Shown here in pieces: positions 37,179-45,747 of a DNA stretch of 64,000 nt. Below the pieces are notes generated by a model. That model was given only the letters and a program-made list of their open reading frames with translations, did not search any database and had not been told where the DNA came from. A program made the translations under genes and the position numbers. Origin of the DNA: Pseudomonadota bacterium (GTDB lineage Bacteria > Pseudomonadota > Alphaproteobacteria > Caedimonadales > UBA1908); contig JAIUNT010000004.1 of assembly GCA_020161545.1 (NCBI GenBank), forward strand, positions 2,863-66,862, given 5' to 3'. How positions within the stretch are numbered: position 1 is the stretch's first letter; every line of letters starts with the position of its first letter.

Positions 37179-37255
37179 TGGCGCGCCCTGCAGGATTCGA
37201 ACCTGCGACACTCGGCTTAGAAGGCCGATGCTCTATCCAGCTGAGCTAAGGGCGC
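37179..37255 (-). tRNA. tRNA-Arg (anticodon TCT)
   Basis: Hand-folded on the minus strand. Acceptor gcgccct/agggcgc; D arm gctc-agctggata-gagc; anticodon stem tcggc/gccga with loop ctTCTaa; T arm gcagg-ttcgaat-cctgc; encoded CCA. Confidence 0.9.
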
Positions 37256-37354
37256 GTGAGGCATACTCTATCCCAAACATGCCTCTTGGTAAAGACTCAT
37301 GCACAAGGTGCACAGCATTTTAAAATCTTTCTGCCCGTGTGTTTCGGTGATGTT

Positions 37355-38836
37355 TTATTTTGGGACCCCCGCGTGGTCTTCTATTGCACGCCTAAGCGCT
37401 TGAAGCCTTTGAATTGGATCAACAATGTCTGCAATGCGTTCCAGGTGTGTATTATCTATACCTTCTAATACACTTTCTAATATACCTCCTAAAATAGTGG
37501 AAGGCATCCTGATTTCACCCTTAAGAAGTCGAACGTAGATATTCACATTTTGCGCCGTAATGTGCTGGGCGCGCAAAGCATGTGCGCGCGCGCTAGGCTC
37601 AAAACCCGCCGCGGCAATGAGGGCAAGCCGCTCGTCAGACACGTCTTCGGCGGCTTCTAAAAGTTCGTCAATCGCCAACAAGCCCCGAGAAAGCCGAACG
37701 TAGATATTCACATTTTGCGCCGTAATCTGAGCAGCGCGCAAGGCAAACAAGCGATTTGAAGGCTCAAACCTTGCTGTGGCAATGAGGGCAATCCGCTCGT
37801 CGGGCAGGCCTTTGGCCACTTTTAAAACCCATTCTTTTTGGCATCCATTTTTAAGAAGTAGGGCGTAGTCCTTGGCATTTTGCGCCGTAATCTGATCAGC
37901 GCGTAAAGCACACGCACGATCGTCTGGCTCAAAGCCCGCCGCGGCAATGAAGGCAAGTCTCTCATCAGAAACGCCTTCGGCGGCTTCTAAGAGTTTGTCA
38001 GGTTGATACATATTCATAAGAAGTCGAACGTAGTCCTTGGCATTTTGCGCCGTAATCTGATCAGCGCGCAAAGCACACACACGATCTTTTGGCTCAAAAC
38101 CCGCCGCGGCAATGAAAGCAAGCCTTTCGAGGTGCACATGTTCTGTGGCCTGAAGAAAGGTGTCTGTGTCCGAGACACCGTTAAGAAGTACGGCGTAGCT
38201 TTTCGCGTTATCCTTTGTGATGCGACTATCTGTGAAGACCTTCGCCATCACCTCCTGGGGAAACTGGGCCCCTACAATAATGTTCACCCTTTCATCGGAA
38301 GCTTGTATTGATGCATCAAGGATTTCTTGCACATAACGAGGATTGGTGACACGCTCAAAAATCCTGACATACCGAGAGACATTGTGCTCATGAATAAACG
38401 GGGCCTTCAAAACCGCGATGTGTGCTGCCCCCACAAAACCAGCGTTTGCGATGAGTATGAGCTTTTCAAGCGTCACCTCACGGGCGGCTCGCAAAAGTTC
38501 GACTACATTGAGGGCATCTTTGGCAAGTTTCACAAGAGGTGGTGTGTTTTTTTCATCAATAAAATCATAGATTTGTATCAATTCATCTAAATCGTATTCT
38601 AGATAACTATTTTTTTTGAAGAGCAGCTTCTCTTGATTTGTATCACAGGATTCCATTTCCGCAGGACCCCTGCAGACGGCCTCGGGTGTATCATTGTTTG
38701 TATCCACTATTCCAACGGGTACACTTGACGCGGCATGGGATCTATCCGGGTCATTGACATCAAAGGGCACTGCTTGGGTACAAGTATTCCATAGGCATGT
38801 TGCCGCCAAAATCTGCATGGGGCATTTGAAGTACAT
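37355..38836 (-). CDS. tandem-repeat protein (about seven 55-aa repeats), probable signal peptide
   Basis: The block ERLAFIAAAGFEP..R..ALRA..ITAQN...YV.LL recurs at aa 237, 292, 347 and 402 (exact 55-aa period). Degenerate copies start at about aa 124, 182 and 466. Confidence 0.7.
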   Translation of the reverse strand: MYFKCPMQILAATCLWNTCTQAVPFDVNDPDRSHAASSVPVGIVDTNNDTPEAVCRGPAEMESCDTNQEKLLFKKNSYLEYDLDELIQIYDFIDEKNTPPLVKLAKDALNVVELLRAAREVTLEKLILIANAGFVGAAHIAVLKAPFIHEHNVSRYVRIFERVTNPRYVQEILDASIQASDERVNIIVGAQFPQEVMAKVFTDSRITKDNAKSYAVLLNGVSDTDTFLQATEHVHLERLAFIAAAGFEPKDRVCALRADQITAQNAKDYVRLLMNMYQPDKLLEAAEGVSDERLAFIAAAGFEPDDRACALRADQITAQNAKDYALLLKNGCQKEWVLKVAKGLPDERIALIATARFEPSNRLFALRAAQITAQNVNIYVRLSRGLLAIDELLEAAEDVSDERLALIAAAGFEPSARAHALRAQHITAQNVNIYVRLLKGEIRMPSTILGGILESVLEGIDNTHLERIADIVDPIQRLQALRRAIEDHAGVPK

Positions 38837-38970
38837 CGCGCGTTCCTGAGTTAAAAAATAGCTCTAAGTCATTCCTATGAGATAAAATATAAGAAGTCAA
38901 ACACCCTGTCTGCCGCTTGCCATTTATATGGTTAAGGATTTATAAAATAGCTCTTTTTTGCTGAGTGCGG

Positions 38971-41742
38971 TTACTCCCATATACTGATGCGGTCGGTCTT
39001 TCGTTGAAAGGCGGACGCAAAAGATTTTGTGCGTGCCCGCAAAAGGATCAGGCGTCCCTCAGGGGTGCGGGTGTACACAAGGTCTGCTTGCCCCACGTAT
39101 CGCTGCCACCGCTTTACAAAAAACGTCGCGTGCTCTTTGTTTTGACCCATGAGGGCGGGGACGCTGTGGTAATTTGTGCGCAGGAAAGTTCCTATTTTGC
39201 TTGTATGAACTAGAAGGTAGCGCGGGCTTTCAGGGGGGCTCAGGAGCTCTTGCATGGCGTCTAAAAAGACTTTGCGCTCGAGGGCGGTTGCGCCCTCAAG
39301 GCCGCAGTAAAGAACGCCCATTTTGTCTTTCATGACCTGAACGCGCAGATTTTTGGGATTTGTTTTCACAAGATCCATGTTCTGTAAGGTTTCAAGCACC
39401 GCCCAGGCTGCCTGCTTCATGGCGCCTTCAAGGGTCCCGTTACGCACAAAAAGAAAGAGGGCTTTAAGGAGCTTAGGAAGGGCCAGAACACCTGCAACAC
39501 CCAAGGATAGGGCAAGAAAGGCCAAGGGATTTTTTGACCCGCGCCCGGCGCCCAAAATGTGACTTGCCCAACTGCCTCCCCAAATCAGCGCGTTTAGGCA
39601 AACGGCCTTGAGTGTGTGGGCGTAAACAAACCCCATGGGTGCGTAGGTGGCCTCAAGTTTTTCACGCATGTTTGGCTTGGGGCTTGCCCCCTCCAAGGCG
39701 CGGTGCCACATCTGGGATAAAGTATCTCGTTTCCTGGCCCTCATAAGCGTTGCCTCATTGAGACGTGCAACGCCATTTTTCGACCAGTTTACCTTGGACA
39801 AATCAAGACGCTTGAATCCATTTTCAATGAGATAGGGCCGTCCATAAGACACGCCTTCAAAGGCACGAAAGCGTCGGCGCAGAAGGGTGACGTCCTCGCC
39901 AATATGCTCCTGAATTTCATCGAATGTATTGATTTCTTTGGTGGTGCCCCGCTCACCGAAAAAGGAATCCTCTTGCCTGTCAAGGGGCACAGGATCAATG
40001 GTGGCCAGGTGCCAAATGTGGGACGTTTTATGGGGGCCCTTGGCATGGGTACGAATGGCCCGCCCGCGCATTTGGTTGGAGAGCATATAGGACCCCACGT
40101 GGCTGGCAAGGATCAAGGTATTGAGACTTGGCGCGTCCCATCCTTCGCCCAAAAGCGCTTGGGTGCCCACCAGCGCCTGGATGGCACCCGCTTGGAAAAC
40201 CTCCGTGATCAGCTGCACAATTTTTTGTTTCCCAACCCCGCGCATTTGAACGTTTAAATACGCTCCGTCGTGGGGGGTGGGGGTGCATATCAAATGACTT
40301 GGATCAAGGCCCGCCTCGGCTGCAATGCGCTCAAGTACAGGGCGTGCGCCCCTTGGTATCAACACAAGGGATCCCGTGAGGAGGCCTAGCTTGAGGTCCG
40401 CAAGACCCAGGCGGCGCAAGGATTCAAAGATGGGCACAACGCCAATTTTTTGAGGGGGTGAGAGATTTTCCGGATGTCGCGGCAGTTCATCTGCGCGGAT
40501 GTAGTCAGCCAGAATCACCATGCGCAAGTCTTGCCCGAGGGCACCGTATTCGGCCCGTGTGATCTGGGCGATGCTCTCAAGCTTGCCAAGGCTGGCCGCC
40601 AGCATTTTGCCGATCTTGCGCGCGTGGTCAATGGTAACCTGGTGGCGCTCGGTAGCGCCAATGCGGGAGAGATCCTGTCGGATGGGCTCAAGAACATCTT
40701 TGTGCGCCTCGAAATGTGACGCATGTGTGTAAAGGACGTTTGTGAGGAGGGTTTCCAACCACTGGGGCGTCATCGGGGGTGGGGCCTCTTTGCCTGTGGC
40801 CAGGATTTTGGCCACGTCCGGGTGTGGCTTGCGCCCGCTGGCGTTGAGAAAGATGACCATGGCAGAGAAAAATGCGCTGTCCCCTAAAATGTCTTCCACG
40901 TGTGTGAGGGGTGTGCGGACCCAGGGATGGGTGGCAAGGACCTCCACAAAAGAGTTATTCCTCTTAAGATTTTGAAGAAAATGAGAGATTTCTTGTTTGA
41001 ACTGTGTGAGTTTTTCGCGCTCCTTACCCACAGGCAAAGAAAAGTGGATATAGTCTTGGTGGGGGCATAGATCCCCCGCCTTCACAAGCTCCGGCACGCT
41101 GATCTCGGCGTCGATGGGGCCGCAAAGCGCCTCATACTTTTGCCACTGGGCGTACTCCACATCATAGGGAGGCGTCGCGGTGAGGGAGATAATACCTGGT
41201 TTTTGAAGGGCCGCCTCAAGTTTTGTGAGCGCTTTCCACCACTCGTTGCGCAGATGATGGGCCTCATCCAAGATGAGCGTGCCAATATTTTGGGCGATGA
41301 GGCCTTTGATAATCTCTTTTTCCCGTGCGGGATTTGTTTTGCCAGATGCGCTCTTTTCTTCGTCTTCTGGGTCAGCCTCCTGCGCGTCTAGCGCTTCCCC
41401 TGCCCCGCAAAAAGCCGCGTGTAGCGCTTGATAGGTGATGACCGTCAAGGGCCTTGGGCGCCGTGCGTCTGTGGAAATCCAATCGAGGTGAGGCGCGCCC
41501 CGTGGCAAAAACAGGGACTGCAGGCGCTCTATCCACTGATTGCGGATGGTGAGTGTGGGCGCTAAAATAAGGGTCGGCTTTGCGCGCCTACGCATGAGCT
41601 CCAACCCTAAAACCGTTTTGCCCGATCCAGGGGCTGCCACAATATTGAGACGCCTTTTTGTGAGGTTATCGCCGTGCTCCTCAAGGACGCGCGCTTGATA
41701 ATCTCGCCATTGTCCTTGAAAGGTCATGTGTGAAAAGGTCAT
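38971..41742 (-). CDS. SF2 (ResIII/DEAH-type) helicase with hydrophobic segments and unassigned C-terminal domain
   Basis: 923 aa. Motif I is AAPGSGKT, motif II is LILDEAHH, motif III is SLTATP, and motifs V/VI are LLGEGWDAPSLNTLILAS...SNQMRGRAIR. About 330 aa are inserted between the two RecA-like halves. Two hydrophobic stretches (AVCLNALIWGGSWASHILGAG and LAFLALSLGVAGVLALPKLLKALFLFV) precede a roughly 150-aa C-terminal domain. Confidence 0.85.
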   Translation of the reverse strand: MTFSHMTFQGQWRDYQARVLEEHGDNLTKRRLNIVAAPGSGKTVLGLELMRRRAKPTLILAPTLTIRNQWIERLQSLFLPRGAPHLDWISTDARRPRPLTVITYQALHAAFCGAGEALDAQEADPEDEEKSASGKTNPAREKEIIKGLIAQNIGTLILDEAHHLRNEWWKALTKLEAALQKPGIISLTATPPYDVEYAQWQKYEALCGPIDAEISVPELVKAGDLCPHQDYIHFSLPVGKEREKLTQFKQEISHFLQNLKRNNSFVEVLATHPWVRTPLTHVEDILGDSAFFSAMVIFLNASGRKPHPDVAKILATGKEAPPPMTPQWLETLLTNVLYTHASHFEAHKDVLEPIRQDLSRIGATERHQVTIDHARKIGKMLAASLGKLESIAQITRAEYGALGQDLRMVILADYIRADELPRHPENLSPPQKIGVVPIFESLRRLGLADLKLGLLTGSLVLIPRGARPVLERIAAEAGLDPSHLICTPTPHDGAYLNVQMRGVGKQKIVQLITEVFQAGAIQALVGTQALLGEGWDAPSLNTLILASHVGSYMLSNQMRGRAIRTHAKGPHKTSHIWHLATIDPVPLDRQEDSFFGERGTTKEINTFDEIQEHIGEDVTLLRRRFRAFEGVSYGRPYLIENGFKRLDLSKVNWSKNGVARLNEATLMRARKRDTLSQMWHRALEGASPKPNMREKLEATYAPMGFVYAHTLKAVCLNALIWGGSWASHILGAGRGSKNPLAFLALSLGVAGVLALPKLLKALFLFVRNGTLEGAMKQAAWAVLETLQNMDLVKTNPKNLRVQVMKDKMGVLYCGLEGATALERKVFLDAMQELLSPPESPRYLLVHTSKIGTFLRTNYHSVPALMGQNKEHATFFVKRWQRYVGQADLVYTRTPEGRLILLRARTKSFASAFQRKTDRISIWE

Positions 41743-41821
41743 GTAGTGGTACCAGGTTATGTGTGTAACAGATTATAGCGAAACCTTTATCTTTTAGGGA
41801 GAGATTGGGTATCCCTTGCGT

Positions 41822-42457
41822 TTATTGCCTCAAACGTTGAAGTGATTTTTCCAAATCCTCATACGACCAGGTCAGCATTTCTTGAAGCTTTGACCAGTCT
41901 TCTTCTCGTACCTCTTTCAGGGTATCTTGAAATTGATCACGCACGTTTGCGGCGTAGGCACGCCATAAAGTTGCGCGCTCATAATTTTTGGGTGTCCCAC
42001 CGTATAACAGGGCATAAACCTGAGCCATCATAAGTGCAATTTTATCAGGACTGCATTCCTCAGGGTTGCGCCGCGCGACCCACCATTTCAACTCTGCGGC
42101 CGCAAGCAGATGGGCTTCAAAAGTGTATGGGGATGTTTTTCTCATTTCTTCAAAGGCTGCAGTTAAAAGGGGCAAAACGGTTTCGTCATACACCTCTTTT
42201 GGTGTGTCTTGTGGTGCTTGCCCAAATGCCATAACTGCTTTCGCATAGAGGGGAAGGACGTCCTTAACATTTTGGATTCTATAGAGTTTTTCCAACATAG
42301 TCCCAAGGGATTCTTGTGCGCGTTCCAGATCGTTATGGTAATAAGCCCGCCACACGGTGATTTCGTTTGGCGCAATGTCGTCAAAGGCGCAAGCATAAAC
42401 ATTTTCAAGAAATGAAAGAGTTAACAACACTAAAACAGAGATTTTTCGCGAGATCAT
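41822..42457 (-). CDS. secreted helical hypothetical protein
   Basis: Signal peptide MISRKISVLVLLTLSFLENVYA. The ATG is preceded by AAAGGAG. No family recognised. Confidence 0.6.
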   Translation of the reverse strand: MISRKISVLVLLTLSFLENVYACAFDDIAPNEITVWRAYYHNDLERAQESLGTMLEKLYRIQNVKDVLPLYAKAVMAFGQAPQDTPKEVYDETVLPLLTAAFEEMRKTSPYTFEAHLLAAAELKWWVARRNPEECSPDKIALMMAQVYALLYGGTPKNYERATLWRAYAANVRDQFQDTLKEVREEDWSKLQEMLTWSYEDLEKSLQRLRQ

Positions 42458-42597
42458 ATTTTACTCCTTTCATGCGACTGAGGTGTGAGTCCGGGCGCTG
42501 TCACGCTGTGCACAGATCTGTTATCTAGGTGATCCTCAAGGACGCGTGCTTGAGAGTTTTGCCATTGCTCTTGAAATGAAAACTGTTTGAACATCAT
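42454..42597 (-). pseudogene. eroded copy of the helicase 5' end (47 codons), overlapping the start of the downstream gene
   Basis: Reads MMFKQFSFQEQWQNSQARVLEDHLDNRSVHSVTAPG..., versus MTFQGQWRDYQARVLEEHGDNLTKRRLNIVAAPGSGKT in the full helicase. The DNA is roughly two-thirds identical by eye (ctcaaggacgcg[t/c]gcttga...gccattg..cttgaaa). The stop TGA overlaps the ATG of the 211-aa gene (ATATGA). Confidence 0.55.
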
Positions 42598-42703
42598 AAA
42601 CGTTTGAAAATAACCGTGAGCGCAACCCTATCATAAAAGATCCCATGGGCGAGATTATTTCATGCTAAGATACTGGGGAGAAAAACAGGATAAAGGGAGC
42701 AAC

Positions 42704-42979
42704 ATGCATAAGCGCCCCATTTCTTTCTTTAAAAGGCATCCGTTCTTAACATTTTTGGCCATGTTTGTGGCCGCGCTGTTTTTCGGGCTTTCGTCCTACA
42801 ATCTTTTCTTTTTGATTCACCAGAATTTGTCCCTCATTACCCAGCATGGGGTGATGGCCCTTATGGACGGCGCGTTCGCACAGCTTTTACAACTTGTGGC
42901 CAACGGATTTATCGCGCTTTTGTCCTACGTTCTTTTTAAAATTGGTGAAAAAATTTTGGTGGAACATTTCGCCAAATGA
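42704..42979 (+). CDS. small two- or three-TM membrane protein
   Basis: The ATG at 42704 is preceded by AAAGGGAG. Hydrophobic segments are FLTFLAMFVAALFFGLSSYNLFFLI and LLQLVANGFIALLSYVLF. Confidence 0.5.
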   Translation: MHKRPISFFKRHPFLTFLAMFVAALFFGLSSYNLFFLIHQNLSLITQHGVMALMDGAFAQLLQLVANGFIALLSYVLFKIGEKILVEHFAK

Positions 42980-43205
42980 ATGCCATTTTGGTTGTGAAAA
43001 GCTCTTCTTTGTGAAAAAGCGGTAATCCTCACACAGTATGATCATGTTAAAAACAAGTGATTTTCTCTGAGTTGAGTTCTCTTTACGTGTCAATCAACTT
43101 CAATTTAATTAAAAATAAACAAAAATTTAAACTTTGGGCATTTTTGGTCTTGCGCGAGGGAGATTTTTTCCCTATTCCTACTAAGGTACTGACAAAACGC
43201 GAGAG

Positions 43206-43772
43206 GTGTGGGTGACGGGTTTAATTCTTCCAGACGTTTCGAGACGGTCTTTTTTAAAGACAGGGCTTGTGGTGGGTGCAGGACTCACCTTTGGTGTGCC
43301 AACCCTTTTAAAGGCGGCTCCTTTGGTTGAGCGCAAACTCTATCTCTATAACCAACACACGGGCGAGTGGTTCAAGCAAGTATACAAAGCGGCGGGCGAA
43401 TATGATCCTGACGCGCTCAAGCTTTTGTCCCATATCATGCGTGACCGCCGTACGGGCAAAGAGCACCCCATGAACCCGGCGCTCTATGATCTTCTTGATA
43501 AGCTCCATACACCCTTTGGCAGCCACAGACCCCTTGAGCTTGTGTGCGGCTACCGCAGCGAAGAAACCAACAAGAAATTGCGCTCAGCCGGACGTGGTGT
43601 GGCCAAAAACAGTCTTCACATGTCGGGACGCGCGGTGGACGTACGCCTGCAGGGTGTGAAGCTGTCCAAACTGCGCGACGCGGCTAGGAGTCTGCGCCTG
43701 GGCGGTGTTGGTTTCTACCCCAAATCTAACTTTGTCCACGTGGACATCCGGGAAAAGCCTTATTACTGGTAG
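43206..43772 (+). CDS. DUF882 (YcbK-like, peptidase M15A fold) protein with Tat signal
   Basis: Twin-arginine motif SRRSFLKTGLVVGAGL. The C-terminus reads HMSGRAVDVRL.G......L...A..L..GGVGFYPKSNFVHVDIR. Confidence 0.8.
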   Translation: MWVTGLILPDVSRRSFLKTGLVVGAGLTFGVPTLLKAAPLVERKLYLYNQHTGEWFKQVYKAAGEYDPDALKLLSHIMRDRRTGKEHPMNPALYDLLDKLHTPFGSHRPLELVCGYRSEETNKKLRSAGRGVAKNSLHMSGRAVDVRLQGVKLSKLRDAARSLRLGGVGFYPKSNFVHVDIREKPYYW

Positions 43773-43840
43773 GCTTTCACTCGCCCCGCATTTTTGCTAG
43801 GCTTGGTGCACGTGAGTCTTTATAACAGCAAGGCAATGGA

Positions 43841-45112
43841 ATGGGTGATCTGTCCCACCTGACGGAAATCGCGCTGGTTGTGTCTGTGGCGCTGGCGTGC
43901 GGTCTTTTCTTTGAACGGTTCAAGCAACCAGCGATTCTGGGCTATATTCTGGCCGGAATCCTCTTGGGGCCATCTTTACTTGGACTCGTGCACGACCGCG
44001 CGGCCGTTGAATCCTTGGCTGAACTTGGCATTCTCATGCTGCTCTTTCTTATCGGGATGGAGCTTGATCTGCGCGCCCTCAAGGAAGTGTGGCTTGTCAG
44101 CTTGCTGACCACCCTATTCCAGCTGGGTGTGAGCCTTCTGGTGCTTGTCGGCCTGGGAAAGGTCTTTGGCCTACCCTTCGGTTTGTCCATCGTGCTGGCG
44201 TGCGCCCTGGCGCTCAGCAGTACGGCGGTTGCCATCAAGATGCTTGAAAACATTAATGAGCTTTCCACGCAAACGGGGCGTTTGACCATCGGTGTGCTCA
44301 TTGCCCAGGACTTGGCCATCGTACCCATGATCCTTATCCTGAAAGGTATGAGCGGCGGTTCATTAAGTCCACTCATTGCTGTGAAGGTGCTTTTTGCCAT
44401 GGGGCTTTTGGGGGCCCTCATTTGGTACCTCAGTCGCAAGAGCCGCATTCACATTCCCTTTGTTAAGGTGGTGGCTGAGAATTCCGATCTGACGCCATTG
44501 GCGGCTCTGTTGTTTTGTTTTGGGATGGCCGTTGTGGCGGGTGTCATGGGGCTGTCGGCTGCGTACGGGGCGTTTCTAGGTGGCCTTGTCCTTGGCAACA
44601 CGTCCGAGAGCCATACCATGCTCAAAGTCACGCGTCCCATCCAAAGCGTCCTGATGATGGTGTTTTTCCTGTCCATCGGGCTTTTGATGGATCTGGGGTA
44701 CATTTGGGATCATTTGGTAAAGGTCTTGGTGCTCCTTGCCTTTATTACCATCGGAAAAACGGCCCTCAATATCTTCATTCTCCATGTGCTGCGCCAGCCC
44801 TGGGAACAGGCTTTCTTATCAGGTCTTGTGCTGTCACAGATGGGTGAGTTTGCCTTTTTATTGGCCACAGTGGGGGAGGAAAGCGGCCTGCTTGGCGACG
44901 ACGGTAATCGCCTCATCGTATCTTTGGCCGCCTTGTCCCTGGCGCTGAGCCCCTTCTGGATGATTGCCGCCCGGCGTCTCCATGACGCGGCGCCCCAGGG
45001 CATCAGCACCCTGAATCAGCTCTTCTCCCTTATTTTTGGTAAGGAAATCAGAGCACTTTCACGCATGGCAGACCGCTTGTCAGGTGACAAGGACCCCTCT
45101 TCCGATGCCTGA
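43841..45112 (+). CDS. cation:proton antiporter (CPA2/Kef-type membrane domain)
   Basis: 423 aa and polytopic. The N-terminal QPAILGYILAGILLGPSLLG is typical of Na+/H+ and K+/H+ exchanger family proteins. Confidence 0.85.
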   Translation: MGDLSHLTEIALVVSVALACGLFFERFKQPAILGYILAGILLGPSLLGLVHDRAAVESLAELGILMLLFLIGMELDLRALKEVWLVSLLTTLFQLGVSLLVLVGLGKVFGLPFGLSIVLACALALSSTAVAIKMLENINELSTQTGRLTIGVLIAQDLAIVPMILILKGMSGGSLSPLIAVKVLFAMGLLGALIWYLSRKSRIHIPFVKVVAENSDLTPLAALLFCFGMAVVAGVMGLSAAYGAFLGGLVLGNTSESHTMLKVTRPIQSVLMMVFFLSIGLLMDLGYIWDHLVKVLVLLAFITIGKTALNIFILHVLRQPWEQAFLSGLVLSQMGEFAFLLATVGEESGLLGDDGNRLIVSLAALSLALSPFWMIAARRLHDAAPQGISTLNQLFSLIFGKEIRALSRMADRLSGDKDPSSDA

Positions 45113-45743
45113 TTTTTCCTTTGAAGACCGCCATGGCGCCCACGTGGCAGGTGTGGACGAGGTAGGGCGTGGTCCTTGGGCCGGCCCCATTGTTGCGGGC
45201 GCAGTGGTGTTTGAGCGAGGTGCCGTGTGTCCAAAGGCGCTTGCCCTTTTAAAGGACTCAAAAAAGATGACGGCACGGGCGCGTCTTAAAGCCAGGGACG
45301 CCCTTTTTCAAGAGGCGGAAAGAGAGCATCTGTGGTTTTGTCTGGGTGAGGCCAGTGTAGAGGAAATTGATGCCCTCAATATCCACCAGGCGACCTTGCT
45401 TGCCATGGCGCGGGCCGTTGAGGGGCTTGCACGGGCGCCTTCCTATTTGTTGGTAGACGGGCTTTTTGTGCCTAAAGGGTCCGTACCAGGCCAACCCCTT
45501 GTGAAGGGTGACGATAAAAGCCTGTCTATTGCGGCGGCTGCCATTCTTGCAAAGGTTGCAAGGGACGCGCTGATGGCGGATTTGGCCAGCGCTTTTCCAG
45601 GATACGGCTGGGAAAAGAACGCGGGATATGGCACAAAAGCCCATCAAGAGGGCTTGGCTCTCCACGGGGTAACGCCCCACCATAGACGATCTTTTGCCCC
45701 CATCGCAAAGCTTATATCTCAAGATACTTCACGCGCAGCGTAG
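45105..45743 (+). CDS. rnhB: ribonuclease HII
   Basis: Contains VAGVDEVGRGPWAGPIVAGAV and DSKK(M)T. The ATG overlaps the antiporter stop (ATGCCTGA). Confidence 0.9.
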   Translation: MPDFSFEDRHGAHVAGVDEVGRGPWAGPIVAGAVVFERGAVCPKALALLKDSKKMTARARLKARDALFQEAEREHLWFCLGEASVEEIDALNIHQATLLAMARAVEGLARAPSYLLVDGLFVPKGSVPGQPLVKGDDKSLSIAAAAILAKVARDALMADLASAFPGYGWEKNAGYGTKAHQEGLALHGVTPHHRRSFAPIAKLISQDTSRAA

Positions 45744-45747
45744 CGCC

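Noticed and set aside
37500-38160. Regularly spaced 165-nt direct repeats as a CRISPR-like array
   Set aside because: The period and repeat length are far from CRISPR geometry and there are no unique spacers. The repeats are in frame within one long ORF, so they are coding tandem repeats. No CRISPR array was seen anywhere in the window.
37179-43200. tRNA-Arg-anchored genomic island containing the repeat protein, helicase and secreted genes
   Set aside because: The accessory genes lie on the 5' side of the tRNA, whereas islands normally integrate at the 3' end. I found no direct repeat of the tRNA 3' segment at the far boundary and no integrase. The block is still flagged as accessory, but not as a classical island.
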